In this document: in pieces, positions 48,819-58,212 of the stretch
Layout: each line of letters opens with the position of its first letter
How positions within the stretch are numbered: the stretch's first letter is position 1
DNA from: an uncultured Candidatus Obscuribacterales bacterium
GTDB lineage: Bacteria; Cyanobacteriota; Vampirovibrionia; Obscuribacterales; Obscuribacteraceae
NCBI GenBank assembly: GCA_964418155.1
Contig: CAYQKX010000012.1
Location: 53,786 to 117,785, forward strand
Length of the DNA: 64,000 nucleotides
Reading direction: 5' to 3'
Notes under the pieces: model-generated
Told to the model about the DNA's origin: nothing
What the model saw: the letters and a program-made list of their open reading frames with translations, nothing else
Database searches by the model: none
Made by a program: the position numbers and the translations under genes

Positions 48819-49715
48819 TTATGGTTTTTTGTCATTTTCATCGGATCTATTGTCAACAACACTTTGCTCGATATCAGCCGACGATGACAAGGGATGTTCT
48901 GGATTGGAGAGGGAAGACTCTCTGGCGGCCGGCTCGAGGTCGTCGTCAGAGAGTTTTAAAGTTGCTCCGCCTTCTTCGACTATTGGATTGGGGCACGCCT
49001 GATCTTGTGCCGATAACAATCCCGCGCTCGCGTCGTCAGCGACAACCGACCGGAGAGGACGACGCTCATTCGGAAAACCTAACTCTTCTTTTGGAGTGTT
49101 GTTCAACAAGCTTCGATAGACATGAGTTATTGTGAATTTGGAGAAAACATGAGCAGGAATTGCGCCGACCAGGAAAAACAGAGGAGAAAGGCCTTCTATG
49201 ATGCCGAGTACTAGGAACAGCAAGAACAATTCCCACATCGCACCAGATGTTATTGCAGCGCTCGCCTTGAGCGCTTGAATAGGACCACATCGGTGCTCGA
49301 CCAGGAAGTATGGATAGAATGCGAAAAGCAAAGCAACAATTATTCCTGGTATGACGAAGAAGAGAGTTCCCATGACCACGAGAATGACGAAAACAACGGT
49401 GGCGGCCAGGAATGCCCAGAATTTACCGGCCGGTGCCCAGAGATGATCGGAATTTACTTCCAGACCGTCGTATATTCGAAGCTGAACATTGATCAGACCA
49501 AGGGTCATAATCGTCTTTATGAAAAATCCAGCAAAGGTAAGTACAAATACAAAAGCGACAAATTTATTGTTGAGGCCAATTCCAAATCCCGCTATATCTG
49601 GAATGAATGCAAGAAAACCAGCCAGGGCAACAAGCCCCAACATCCTCCAAAAATTATGTTGCGTCAGGTCCCACCCTTGGGCCATCGCATCATCAATCGT
49701 AAATTTCTGAGACAT
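48819..49715 (-). CDS. multi-pass membrane protein (DUF975/YciC-like topology), acidic C-terminal tail
   Basis: Four to six hydrophobic spans. The N-terminal FTIDDAMAQGWDLTQHNFWRMLG pattern is common in this kind of membrane family. The call is tentative. Confidence 0.6.
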   Translation of the reverse strand: MSQKFTIDDAMAQGWDLTQHNFWRMLGLVALAGFLAFIPDIAGFGIGLNNKFVAFVFVLTFAGFFIKTIMTLGLINVQLRIYDGLEVNSDHLWAPAGKFWAFLAATVVFVILVVMGTLFFVIPGIIVALLFAFYPYFLVEHRCGPIQALKASAAITSGAMWELFLLFLVLGIIEGLSPLFFLVGAIPAHVFSKFTITHVYRSLLNNTPKEELGFPNERRPLRSVVADDASAGLLSAQDQACPNPIVEEGGATLKLSDDDLEPAARESSLSNPEHPLSSSADIEQSVVDNRSDENDKKP

Positions 49716-49749
49716 ATGACACCATTAAGACACTAAATACAGTGCGCTG

Positions 49750-51714
49750 TCAGCGAGGAATATTTCGCTGTTCCGCCGGACTCGAGGGTAACACTTCGAG
49801 TAGCGCCCCCCAAAGAAATCCTTGCGCGAAGTGGACTCCAAGCTCCTGTAGAACAGGCAAATCTTCGCGACGCTCGACACCTTCTGCCACCACTTCCGCA
49901 CCAAGTGACTTAGCAACATTGGTCAACCGCTTAAGCAATCTTCTCTTATATTTGTCCTCTGCTACGCCGGTGACATAGGTCCGATCGACCTTGATTACAT
50001 CAGGCTCGAGGAAAATCAATGTCTCGAGAGAGCTGCGACCAAAACCGATATCATCAATGGCAACTAGAATTCCCGCGGCTCTCAACTTCTGAACGTGCTC
50101 GCGCATGAAGGATGGGTCGCCGACGAATTGTTGCTCGCTAATTTCGACACAGTAGGTCCTTCCGCCTTTGTTTTCAGGAAATACCTGAAGCAGGTTTTCT
50201 ATCGGCGTATCGAGTATTGTCGAGGGGAACAGATTGACATGCACACGCATGTTCTCAGCTACGTCGTGAGACATGTCGAGACAAAGCTTCAAGCACTGGA
50301 GATCGACAGTGGTGAGGACGTTGTTCTCTACACAAACGCGGAACAGATCTCCAGGATTCTCGAAAGCTCCTTCCGGCCCTCGGCTAAAGATCTCGAAGCC
50401 GGCCACCTCTTCCGTAGCCAAATCGATGATAGGCTGGTATACCGTTCGGAAGTTACGGTCATCGAGAAGTGTTTGAATTACTTCTTCGGTGCTTGCCGGC
50501 AACTCTGTTTCGCCACCGCCGTCACGCGCGAGTGATACTTTATTTTTGCCAGTCTGTTTGCTCCGTCGCAGCGCTCCACGACAAATTGAAATTACATGCG
50601 CGACTGATGACACCTTGTGTGGAAGTGTCGCAACACCAAGACTGACTGTCACCTGCACCACTTCCTGCAAGCTATGCAGCGGATTGTCGGATACTGCCAC
50701 TCTGATTCGTTCTGCCACGCGCAGGCCATAGGCAAGTTGAGTGTCTGGCAACAAGACGAGAAATTCGTCGCCACCGTCGACACGAGCAACATGGTCTGAC
50801 GGTCTAAGCGTAGCCATAATGCGCCTGGCCACGTCCTTGAGCACCACGTCTCCGGTCGCCATTCCTAAAGACTCATTGATACGCTTGAAGTTATCGCAGT
50901 TGATCAAAAGTGCGATCATGTGACCGCCTGCTCGTGTGATCTTGTTCTCTTCAATCAGTATAGCCTTTTCCAATCCTCGAAGATTGAGGACTTCCGTGAG
51001 CATGTCCATCTTCGACAGACGCTCCAACTGCTCCTTGGTGGTATCAAGTTCGCTGGTCAACCGTGCGATCTTGTCGACCTCGCCCGGCTCCTGACGCCGT
51101 CCCTGCATCGCTAAGAGCATCACGGCACCGATGCATCCGACCATAGTCACGACAACAATCCAGGGATATGGTCCAATCATGCGATTGTATTCGGCGGCCT
51201 TATCTCTCACTGCATCAAACTCGTCTTCCTGCAGGCGAGCGACCTCTCGCGAAATCTCGCGTAACTCCCTGTTTTCGCCGCTTTTGTCCAGCTCATCAGG
51301 TCTAGGTTTGCCACTGTTCTTGCGCGTCTCGGCTGACTGCTGAAGCTCGTCGAGTAGCGGCAGCACTCTCTCTGACAACGACCGAGCCTTTTCGCCAAGC
51401 ATCAAGTCGCCCTGTCTCATGGAATTCAGAAGTGAAATATGGTGCTTCACACTCTTGGAAGCATCGTTAAACGAATTGAGTGCTCGAGGCTCACCAGTTA
51501 CGATAAAGGCGTGATGGCTAAACTCGACATCTCGCAGAGCTTCCTGTGCCAGTTGCAATTCGTGGAAATACAAACTTCTCTGATCGAGCCATGTCTCCAG
51601 GCTTTTACCCAGAGGAAAGAACATCGTCGGCACCCAAGAGATGCAAGCAAACCCGACAATGATAAACGCAGCCACTGAGGCAAGCACGGTTTTTAGATTG
51701 ACGCGAGCGTTCAT
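49750..51714 (-). CDS. CHASE3-sensor diguanylate cyclase/phosphodiesterase (GGDEF-EAL)
   Basis: TM plus a periplasmic CHASE3-like segment (ALRDVEFSHHAFIVTGEPRALNSF), then a second TM. Intact GGDEF with RPSD upstream. EAL-domain motifs YQPIIDL, E-I-F in place of E-A-L, NLFPS, EISEQ, IDDIGFG, EGVE, QG. Confidence 0.85.
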   Translation of the reverse strand: MNARVNLKTVLASVAAFIIVGFACISWVPTMFFPLGKSLETWLDQRSLYFHELQLAQEALRDVEFSHHAFIVTGEPRALNSFNDASKSVKHHISLLNSMRQGDLMLGEKARSLSERVLPLLDELQQSAETRKNSGKPRPDELDKSGENRELREISREVARLQEDEFDAVRDKAAEYNRMIGPYPWIVVVTMVGCIGAVMLLAMQGRRQEPGEVDKIARLTSELDTTKEQLERLSKMDMLTEVLNLRGLEKAILIEENKITRAGGHMIALLINCDNFKRINESLGMATGDVVLKDVARRIMATLRPSDHVARVDGGDEFLVLLPDTQLAYGLRVAERIRVAVSDNPLHSLQEVVQVTVSLGVATLPHKVSSVAHVISICRGALRRSKQTGKNKVSLARDGGGETELPASTEEVIQTLLDDRNFRTVYQPIIDLATEEVAGFEIFSRGPEGAFENPGDLFRVCVENNVLTTVDLQCLKLCLDMSHDVAENMRVHVNLFPSTILDTPIENLLQVFPENKGGRTYCVEISEQQFVGDPSFMREHVQKLRAAGILVAIDDIGFGRSSLETLIFLEPDVIKVDRTYVTGVAEDKYKRRLLKRLTNVAKSLGAEVVAEGVERREDLPVLQELGVHFAQGFLWGALLEVLPSSPAEQRNIPR

Positions 51715-52030
51715 GAACCAAAACCATTCGTGACGATTAGCTGCGAGAATGAGCCCAGATTACCCTATACGTACACTTTACTAGTGTTTATCAAACATGA
51801 TCTGATCGTTATAAGACATGCATACCAAAACGGATGTCGGGCACTAATTCGTTTCGGAATCACCAAATTGCGGTCTCTCACACTCTCCTTTTGGTCCTTG
51901 TCAGTTCATTGCATTGGCGCCAATTACAGACGAAGAGCAGTTTCAGGCAAGCAGCTCAAGCGACTGGTTTGCAAGGTCGTTGGTGAAATCCACTTAGGTT
52001 GCAGGTTCTAGCCTAAAGCGGCATCCATAA

Positions 52031-52070
52031 GACAAAAAATGTTAGCCGAATTCGGCTAACATTTTTTGTC
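52031..52070. repeat. perfect 40-bp palindrome (candidate operator / hairpin)
   Basis: GACAAAAAATGTTAGCCGAA|TTCGGCTAACATTTTTTGTC is an exact reverse complement centred on GAATTC. It lies 117 nt upstream of the 52187 start. A half-site GCCGAATT is at 52131..52138. Confidence 0.95.
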
Positions 52071-52186
52071 TCAATGAAACACCTAGAGAGCGCGAAAGGC
52101 GCATGGATAGCCATACATCTGGGAGACCGCGCCGAATTGAACTTTTTCCCTCGAACTCTCGTTATTAGACATAGGAGGATCTGCCT

Positions 52187-53242
52187 ATGAAAAGACGAAA
52201 CTTTGGTTCGAAATCAAAACAAACCAATCGCCAGAAGATAATCGGTTCGGTCATGAATGATTTTTTCGCGCGATACAAGGACAACAGCGATTGCATCGGA
52301 GCGATTGTCAGATTTCACAATTTGAATAGGGGTCTGGGCCTCCTTCGATGCGCATGCGGCAACGAAGAGTTACCAGCGTTTGTCCGGTCACGAAGTGTCA
52401 TTTGTTCAAGTTGCCGAAAAATTTGGTGGATTACAGCCAGGACCGCATTCAAAAATGCCCGAGATTTAAGACCATATTTAGCTGCTATTCGCCTAATGGA
52501 GAAGCGTATTAACGTCAAACCGAAAGACTTGGTCGATTTGTTCGGTATTGCAGTGTCCACTGCTTTTGTGGTCATCAAGAAAGTGAAAGTGGTTATTGCT
52601 GGCTACATGAAAGAAGGTTTTTTTGTGGCAAGCTCGAGAGCCTTTCTGTCCTCAGTTGGCAAGCGTAGCGTTGCTACCGAAAAGTTCTCGTATCCTATAA
52701 GTGAAGAGAATGCCTTTGACGGCCAAAGGGTTCTCGCTCCGAAAGCAAGAGATCCAGCAGCGCGAACACAAGAAGTGCAAGCAATACTCGAAGACCTCAG
52801 CCCACAGGCCACAACAATCTACGATGCCTTAGGAACAACGGAAATTCATTTTGAAACCCTCGCGAGAAGTACGAATTTACCTATTTCCATCATCAACTCA
52901 CAGATAACTTTGCTTGAGCTCGAAGGCCTCATCGAATACGCACATGGCGATCATATTCGGCGCAAGGCGCAGCTTTCGGACGCTATCGCTGATGAGAAAC
53001 AGCACCCGGGAGCCGTCGGTTCTGTTGTCGCTCTGATTAGAGATCATCATCATCGCATCAGTCGAAAGTATATTCAGCTTTATGCGGCTTTCAATTGGTG
53101 CATCAACGATGGGGACCGATGGGGAGAGGATGCACTACTCAAAGCATTCTTGGGCTCAAAAGCAACTCCATGGAAGAAGCTTCGCGCATACGTATCGGCA
53201 GCGTCCATCAAACTACTTCCGGATTCAAAATTCAGTTCATAG
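52187..53242 (+). CDS. IS1595-type transposase-derived protein lacking a recognisable DDE core, with DprA-like winged helix
   Basis: AGGAGG 8 nt upstream of the ATG. N-terminal Zn-ribbon/HTH pattern (DCIGAIVRF...RCACG...ICSSCRKIWWITARTAF...LFGIAVSTAFVVIKKVK). Central LLELEGLIEYAHGD winged-helix pattern. C-terminal ISRKYIQLYAAFNWCIN tail. Confidence 0.65.
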   Translation: MKRRNFGSKSKQTNRQKIIGSVMNDFFARYKDNSDCIGAIVRFHNLNRGLGLLRCACGNEELPAFVRSRSVICSSCRKIWWITARTAFKNARDLRPYLAAIRLMEKRINVKPKDLVDLFGIAVSTAFVVIKKVKVVIAGYMKEGFFVASSRAFLSSVGKRSVATEKFSYPISEENAFDGQRVLAPKARDPAARTQEVQAILEDLSPQATTIYDALGTTEIHFETLARSTNLPISIINSQITLLELEGLIEYAHGDHIRRKAQLSDAIADEKQHPGAVGSVVALIRDHHHRISRKYIQLYAAFNWCINDGDRWGEDALLKAFLGSKATPWKKLRAYVSAASIKLLPDSKFSS

Positions 53243-53329
53243 ATCTACCAAATCTGCACGCTGCAAACGGCTCTCTAGAGACTTTGTCCCTGAGATCATT
53301 CGACATAGTATGCACTAAGAAAGCCTGCG

Positions 53330-54859
53330 CTAACGCAATATGTTTCCGATCACGACTAGCGCAACAACTGCGATAGCAAAGCTTAGCCAGAACAATGAAG
53401 GGGCAGAGCGTCGCAATTGTCGCGACAAATCCAGAATCATGTTCGCAAACTTTTCAACCTCGATAACGAGATCGTGCGGATCAAATCTATGAATCTGAGC
53501 TCCGGGGAGTTGTGCGACGGGCACCGCAACTTGTTGTTGCTCCACAACCAACTTTCGCAGTCCGTTGTGACTGCGCCGATGATTTTTGAACTCTCCGGTG
53601 GTGCTCTGTAGCGCAGGGCTCGACGATTTATGCCTTATTCGAGGATGATTTCCAGATAGCGAGCCGTCCCGTTTGCTCGTCTGAATCTCCTCTGAAGATA
53701 GTTGGCTGGAGGGCAATTCGACCGCCGGAATATCTTTGACCGAATCTCGCGGATTGCGACTGCGTTGGAATTGGGCACGCTCGCTAATTGTCTCAGGGAC
53801 ATCCACGTACTCCCAAATGGTGGAGAGATAATCCCGAGCATCCTGAGCGGATTGGAAGCGATCTCGTTGATCGCGCTCCAGTAGCTTGGCGAGGAATAGC
53901 TCAACGATAGTCGGTATTTCCCTCTGCGGATTATAGTCTCGCGATCGCTTGGACTGCTCTGCAATCACGTCCCGCACCGCAGGAACTTTCCGATTAAGGC
54001 GGTTCATGAGCGTTTCCATCGGAGAATCGCCAAGAAGTGGCGGGCTTCCCGAAAGCAATTCATAAAGCAAGCAGCCAAGCGAGTAGAGGTCGCTGCGGGC
54101 ATCTACCTTCAATCCTGCGGCTTGTTCGGGGCTCATATAGGCAGGACTACCAAGGGCGGTGCCGACTGCGGAAAGGACATGCTCGTCTTTGTCTAAGAGT
54201 TTTGCCAGACCGAAGTCCAGAATTTTCACGATCGGCAGTTCATCTTCCTCTTCAAGCAAGATGATGTTGCCGGGCTTCAGATCTCTGTGAAGGACACCCT
54301 TCTTTTGCGCATGCGTAAGCGCAGAAAGTATCTGCTCGACAATTTCCAGAGCTTCACGCAAAGGGATTGTTCCACGCTCTTCGAGATGCTGCGCCAATGT
54401 TTTTCCGTTAAGGTAGTCCATAACCATATACGGTGCCATACCGGCATGTACGCCGAAGTCGTATACAGTGATTACGTTAACATGAGACAGACTGCTTGCG
54501 GCCTTAGCTTCACGCTGAAACCGCACGAGGAGATTTGAGTCGATTGTGCTGTTATGCAAAACTTTGATTGCGACAATCTTATCGAGAATCAAGTGCCGCG
54601 CTCGATAAATGATGCCCATGGCACCACTGCCGACATAGTCGAGAAGCTCATACTTCTCCGCAAAGACAGAACCTTGCCTAATCAATAGATCAGTACCATC
54701 ATTCGGGCAAATACGTGCGATGCGAGGAATACGCATTCCGCAAGTCTGACAAATCAGGAGCTCCGAAGGAGGCGCCGAGAATACGACATCAAACGCCTGA
54801 GCAGCGTATTCTCCCGACCCGGGCAGATTGGAGGCACCATCAATAGACGGAAATCCCAC
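53330..54859 (-). CDS. Ser/Thr protein kinase with N-terminal zinc-ribbon-like motif and C-terminal TM anchor
   Basis: CQTCGMRIPRIARICPNDG, kinase motifs HRDLKPGNI, DFGLAK, GSPAYMSPEQ, and C-terminal LFWLSFAIAVVALVVIGNIL. GTG start. Confidence 0.85.
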   Translation of the reverse strand: MGFPSIDGASNLPGSGEYAAQAFDVVFSAPPSELLICQTCGMRIPRIARICPNDGTDLLIRQGSVFAEKYELLDYVGSGAMGIIYRARHLILDKIVAIKVLHNSTIDSNLLVRFQREAKAASSLSHVNVITVYDFGVHAGMAPYMVMDYLNGKTLAQHLEERGTIPLREALEIVEQILSALTHAQKKGVLHRDLKPGNIILLEEEDELPIVKILDFGLAKLLDKDEHVLSAVGTALGSPAYMSPEQAAGLKVDARSDLYSLGCLLYELLSGSPPLLGDSPMETLMNRLNRKVPAVRDVIAEQSKRSRDYNPQREIPTIVELFLAKLLERDQRDRFQSAQDARDYLSTIWEYVDVPETISERAQFQRSRNPRDSVKDIPAVELPSSQLSSEEIQTSKRDGSLSGNHPRIRHKSSSPALQSTTGEFKNHRRSHNGLRKLVVEQQQVAVPVAQLPGAQIHRFDPHDLVIEVEKFANMILDLSRQLRRSAPSLFWLSFAIAVVALVVIGNILR

Positions 54860-55012
54860 TTGTAACTCTTTCTAGTTAGCCGTGCTGTGTAAGACTGACG
54901 AAAACCTTAGTCCGCACCGTTCAAATTTAAGGACAGATTCCAGTAGACAATACCATATATGATGCAAAGGCAATCATTTATCAGACCCCACCTGTGGTGA
55001 CCGGATAACGGA

Positions 55013-55041
55013 GAAGGCGCCGATTTGAGATCGGCGCCTTC
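55013..55041 (-). terminator. strong hairpin terminator after glnN
   Basis: GAAGGCGCCGAT (55013..55024) / ATCGGCGCCTTC (55030..55041), a perfect 12-bp GC-rich stem with loop TTGAG, about 50 nt past the glnN stop. The trailing T-tract is weak (TCCGTTATCC). Confidence 0.7.
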
Positions 55042-55092
55042 CTCAGGTGGACTTTCACTGGGTACTTTTAGTACCGCAAACGGAGTGTTGCT

Positions 55093-57372
55093 CTAATAGA
55101 TGTAGAGCATCTCTCTGAACTTCGGAAGCGGCCATATCGAGTCATCGACCAGCACTTCGAGCTCATCGGCAGCGTCTCGGACAGCTTGCATGGCAGGTAT
55201 CACTTCGTCCTGATAGAACTTAGCCATCACATAGCTCTCGGCATCGCCGTGACCATGACCTCCCCCGTTACCGGAGCCGCTCATAGGCTGTTCGAGGCGT
55301 TCAAGTGCTGTGAGCAATTCGCCAATTTTGTTCGACAGATCGCGAAGCATATTTTCCTCGCCGGAAAGATTGATACCGGTGACTGCGGCTTTCGTCTGGA
55401 CGATTGTGCCTGCCAGTCTGCTCTGATATTCGAGTGCCGCTGGCAAGATCATTGTCCTGGCGATGCTCTTGGTGAGCAGCCATTCAATGTTAACAGTCTT
55501 GCAGAATTGAGCTACTTTCACGTTGTAGCGTCCTACCAGCTCGTCTTCCGACAGAACATGATACTTGTTGAAGAGCTGTTTGATTTCATCCTTGACCAAT
55601 TCGGGGAGCGACTCGACTGTATTGCGCAGGTTGGGTAGACCGCGGCGTCCGGCTTCTTCGTGCCATTCCGTCGAGTAGTTGTCGCCGTTGAAGAGTATGC
55701 GCTGGTTTTCCTTCAGCGTCTCTCTGACAACTTTCTCCGCGGCAGCATTGATGTCGGTACCACCCTTGACCAGCTTCTCCAACTCAGAGGCGATGTAGTC
55801 GAGAGACTCTGCCACCATTGTGTTCAAAACGGTGTTAGGGAAGGCGATCGACTGGCTTGCGCCAAGCGCGCGGAATTCGAACTTATTGCCAGTGAAAGCG
55901 AACGGTGAAGTTCTGTTCCTGTCGCTGTCATCACGAGGTAGATCAGGGAGCGTCGAAACGCCGAACTGCAGGATGACCTTACCGTCTACACCCTTCATTT
56001 CCTTCTGCCCAGCGATCAGCGCATTGACCACTTCAGTGAGCCTGTCGCCGAGATAGATGCTCATGATAGCCGGAGGCGCTTCGTTGGCGCCGAGGCGATG
56101 ATCGTTGCCGGCGTGTGCAATAGCAGAGCGCAAAAGACCAGCGTATTTATTGACCGCGCGAACAACTGCTGTGAGCAATACCAGGAATTGCGTGTTTTCC
56201 AGAGGAGTAGAACCTGGCTCGAGGAGATTGTTGCCTTCATCATCAGCCATGGACCAGTTGTTGTGTTTGCCACTACCATTGACACCACTGAAAGGCTTCT
56301 CGTGGAATAGGCAACGAAGACCATGTTTCTGAGCGGTCTTTCTAAAGACTTCCATCAAAAGCAAGTTGTGGTCGGTGGCAATATTACTCTGCTCGAACAC
56401 CGGAGCAACTTCGAACTGAGCCGGTGCGACTTCATTGTGACGGGTCTTGACCGGAACACCGAGTTTATAGAGTTCGGATTCGGCATCCATCATGAAAGCC
56501 AGAACGCGCTCTTTGATAGAACCCCAGTAGTGGTCTTCCATTTCCTGTCCTTTTGGAGGACGGGCACCAAAAAGAGCTCTACCGCAGTTGATGATATCCG
56601 GACGAGCGAAGTAGAACGCTTCATCAATCAAGAAGTACTCCTGCTCCGGACCAACGGTGCTAATCACACGCTTGGCCTCACGGTTGCCCAGAATATGGAG
56701 AACCCTGACCGCTTGCTTATTGAGCGCTTCGAGCGATCTCAGAAGCGGCGTCTTTTTATCGAGCGCATGCCCGCTATAGGAGCAGAAGACTGTCGGAATA
56801 CATAACGTCTTGCCGTTAGTGCTCTCCATCAGGAACGCGGGGCTTGTGGGATCCCAACCGGTGTATCCACGAGCTTCGAACGTAGATCTGATACCGCCGG
56901 AGGGGAAGCTGGATGCATCAGGTTCGCCCTGAATCAAAAGCTTGCCGGAGAATTCCAGTATCGCGCCACCTTCCGGTCCTCCGGAGACAAGGAAAGAGTC
57001 ATGCTTCTCAGCAGTCTGCTCCGTCATCGGGTGAAACCAATGGGTGAAGTGTGTGGCACCGCGGGACAAGGCCCAATCTTTCATAGCATTGGCGACAATG
57101 TCGGCCATTGAAGGATCAAGTTGCTCGCCCTGATCGAGGCAACGAACCAGAGCCTTGTATACATTCTTAGGAAGCAGCGTTCTCATGACGTGACGATTGA
57201 AAACGTTGGTACCGAAAATCTCAGACACCTGAGTTACTGTATAGTCTACGCCGCTCTTCATTGGCTCTCGCATGCGCACTGCCTGTAGTGCCTCCCATCT
57301 TGCTGCCCCATGTTGATCAGAACGGCCTCTCGCAGTACTTAGCCTTCCATGAGCGTCTACTCTAACTGTCAT
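55093..57372 (-). CDS. glnN: glutamine synthetase type III
   Basis: The track start is 57432. ATG 57372 is preferred (GGGGGAG 4 nt upstream, and it avoids the yjbQ overlap). Type III hallmarks: NVFNRHVMRTLLPKNVYKAL, THFTHWFHPMT..AEKHDSF. About 760 aa long. Confidence 0.9.
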   Translation of the reverse strand: MTVRVDAHGRLSTARGRSDQHGAARWEALQAVRMREPMKSGVDYTVTQVSEIFGTNVFNRHVMRTLLPKNVYKALVRCLDQGEQLDPSMADIVANAMKDWALSRGATHFTHWFHPMTEQTAEKHDSFLVSGGPEGGAILEFSGKLLIQGEPDASSFPSGGIRSTFEARGYTGWDPTSPAFLMESTNGKTLCIPTVFCSYSGHALDKKTPLLRSLEALNKQAVRVLHILGNREAKRVISTVGPEQEYFLIDEAFYFARPDIINCGRALFGARPPKGQEMEDHYWGSIKERVLAFMMDAESELYKLGVPVKTRHNEVAPAQFEVAPVFEQSNIATDHNLLLMEVFRKTAQKHGLRCLFHEKPFSGVNGSGKHNNWSMADDEGNNLLEPGSTPLENTQFLVLLTAVVRAVNKYAGLLRSAIAHAGNDHRLGANEAPPAIMSIYLGDRLTEVVNALIAGQKEMKGVDGKVILQFGVSTLPDLPRDDSDRNRTSPFAFTGNKFEFRALGASQSIAFPNTVLNTMVAESLDYIASELEKLVKGGTDINAAAEKVVRETLKENQRILFNGDNYSTEWHEEAGRRGLPNLRNTVESLPELVKDEIKQLFNKYHVLSEDELVGRYNVKVAQFCKTVNIEWLLTKSIARTMILPAALEYQSRLAGTIVQTKAAVTGINLSGEENMLRDLSNKIGELLTALERLEQPMSGSGNGGGHGHGDAESYVMAKFYQDEVIPAMQAVRDAADELEVLVDDSIWPLPKFREMLYIY

Positions 57373-57421
57373 TTTGCTCCCCCTGTTGCTTGCCTGACGT
57401 AGTTTCCATACTGTTCCGGTT

Positions 57422-57853
57422 CTAAATTCCAAGAGCCTTTAAAATCACGCGTTTTTTGCGCTGACCGTCAAACTCCGCATAGAAAATCTGCTCCCAGGGA
57501 CCAAGGTCAAGTTTGCCTTCGGTTACCGGGACCATAACTTGATGATTGATGAGGATTCGCTTCAAGTGAGCGTCGCCGTTGTCTTCACCAGTGTTGTGAT
57601 GGTAGTAATCTGGATTGACCGGTGCCAGCTTCTCGAGCCATTCGTCGATGTCTTTGATCAGACCGTTTTCCCAGTCATTGACATAGACACCAGCCGTGAT
57701 ATGCATCGCAGAGACAAGGATGAATCCTTCCTTGATACCACTCTCTTTCAAAAACTCTTGAACATCATCCGTGAGCCGAATATATTCGCGTCTCTTCTTG
57801 GTATCAAATACCAGATACTTGGTGTGCGACTTCATACCTTGAGATACTGTCAC
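57422..57853 (-). CDS. yjbQ: YjbQ/UPF0047 family protein (secondary thiamine-phosphate synthase family)
   Basis: GTG start with AAGGAG 8 nt upstream. [49 protein letters not shown] match the family pattern. Confidence 0.85.
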   Translation of the reverse strand: MTVSQGMKSHTKYLVFDTKKRREYIRLTDDVQEFLKESGIKEGFILVSAMHITAGVYVNDWENGLIKDIDEWLEKLAPVNPDYYHHNTGEDNGDAHLKRILINHQVMVPVTEGKLDLGPWEQIFYAEFDGQRKKRVILKALGI

Positions 57854-58212
57854 GGCCGCTGCTCCTTGGAGTTATACAAATTGTCCGGCGCTGGCGATTT
57901 TATCCGCCGACCGAAGACCCGTATATGCATCAACGCTACATCCGGCTATCAAGCCGGTTGCGGCTATTCTAATAGATTCGACTCGATGTTCCATTAACTG
58001 TCAACGATTATCGCTTGGCAGCTTTACACTGCGAAAACCTAGACGCAGACTTAATTTCGGATTCTTTGCAACAACCCTGATGAGAAGCGGCTCTTTGTCA
58101 ATTTTGTTTCTCCTCACAGAAGTCATCGTGCTGGTGAGGGTTTCAACGATCGAATCTTGCGTATCAAGATTCCGTTAAGTCTACATATCGCACCAAGTTC
58201 GCGTCAAAAAAC

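Noticed and set aside
52187-53242. An active IS1595-family insertion sequence
   Set aside because: I see no recognisable DDE catalytic region and only a 9-bp flanking inverted repeat. No target-site duplication is evident. I treat it as a derivative, not a mobile element.
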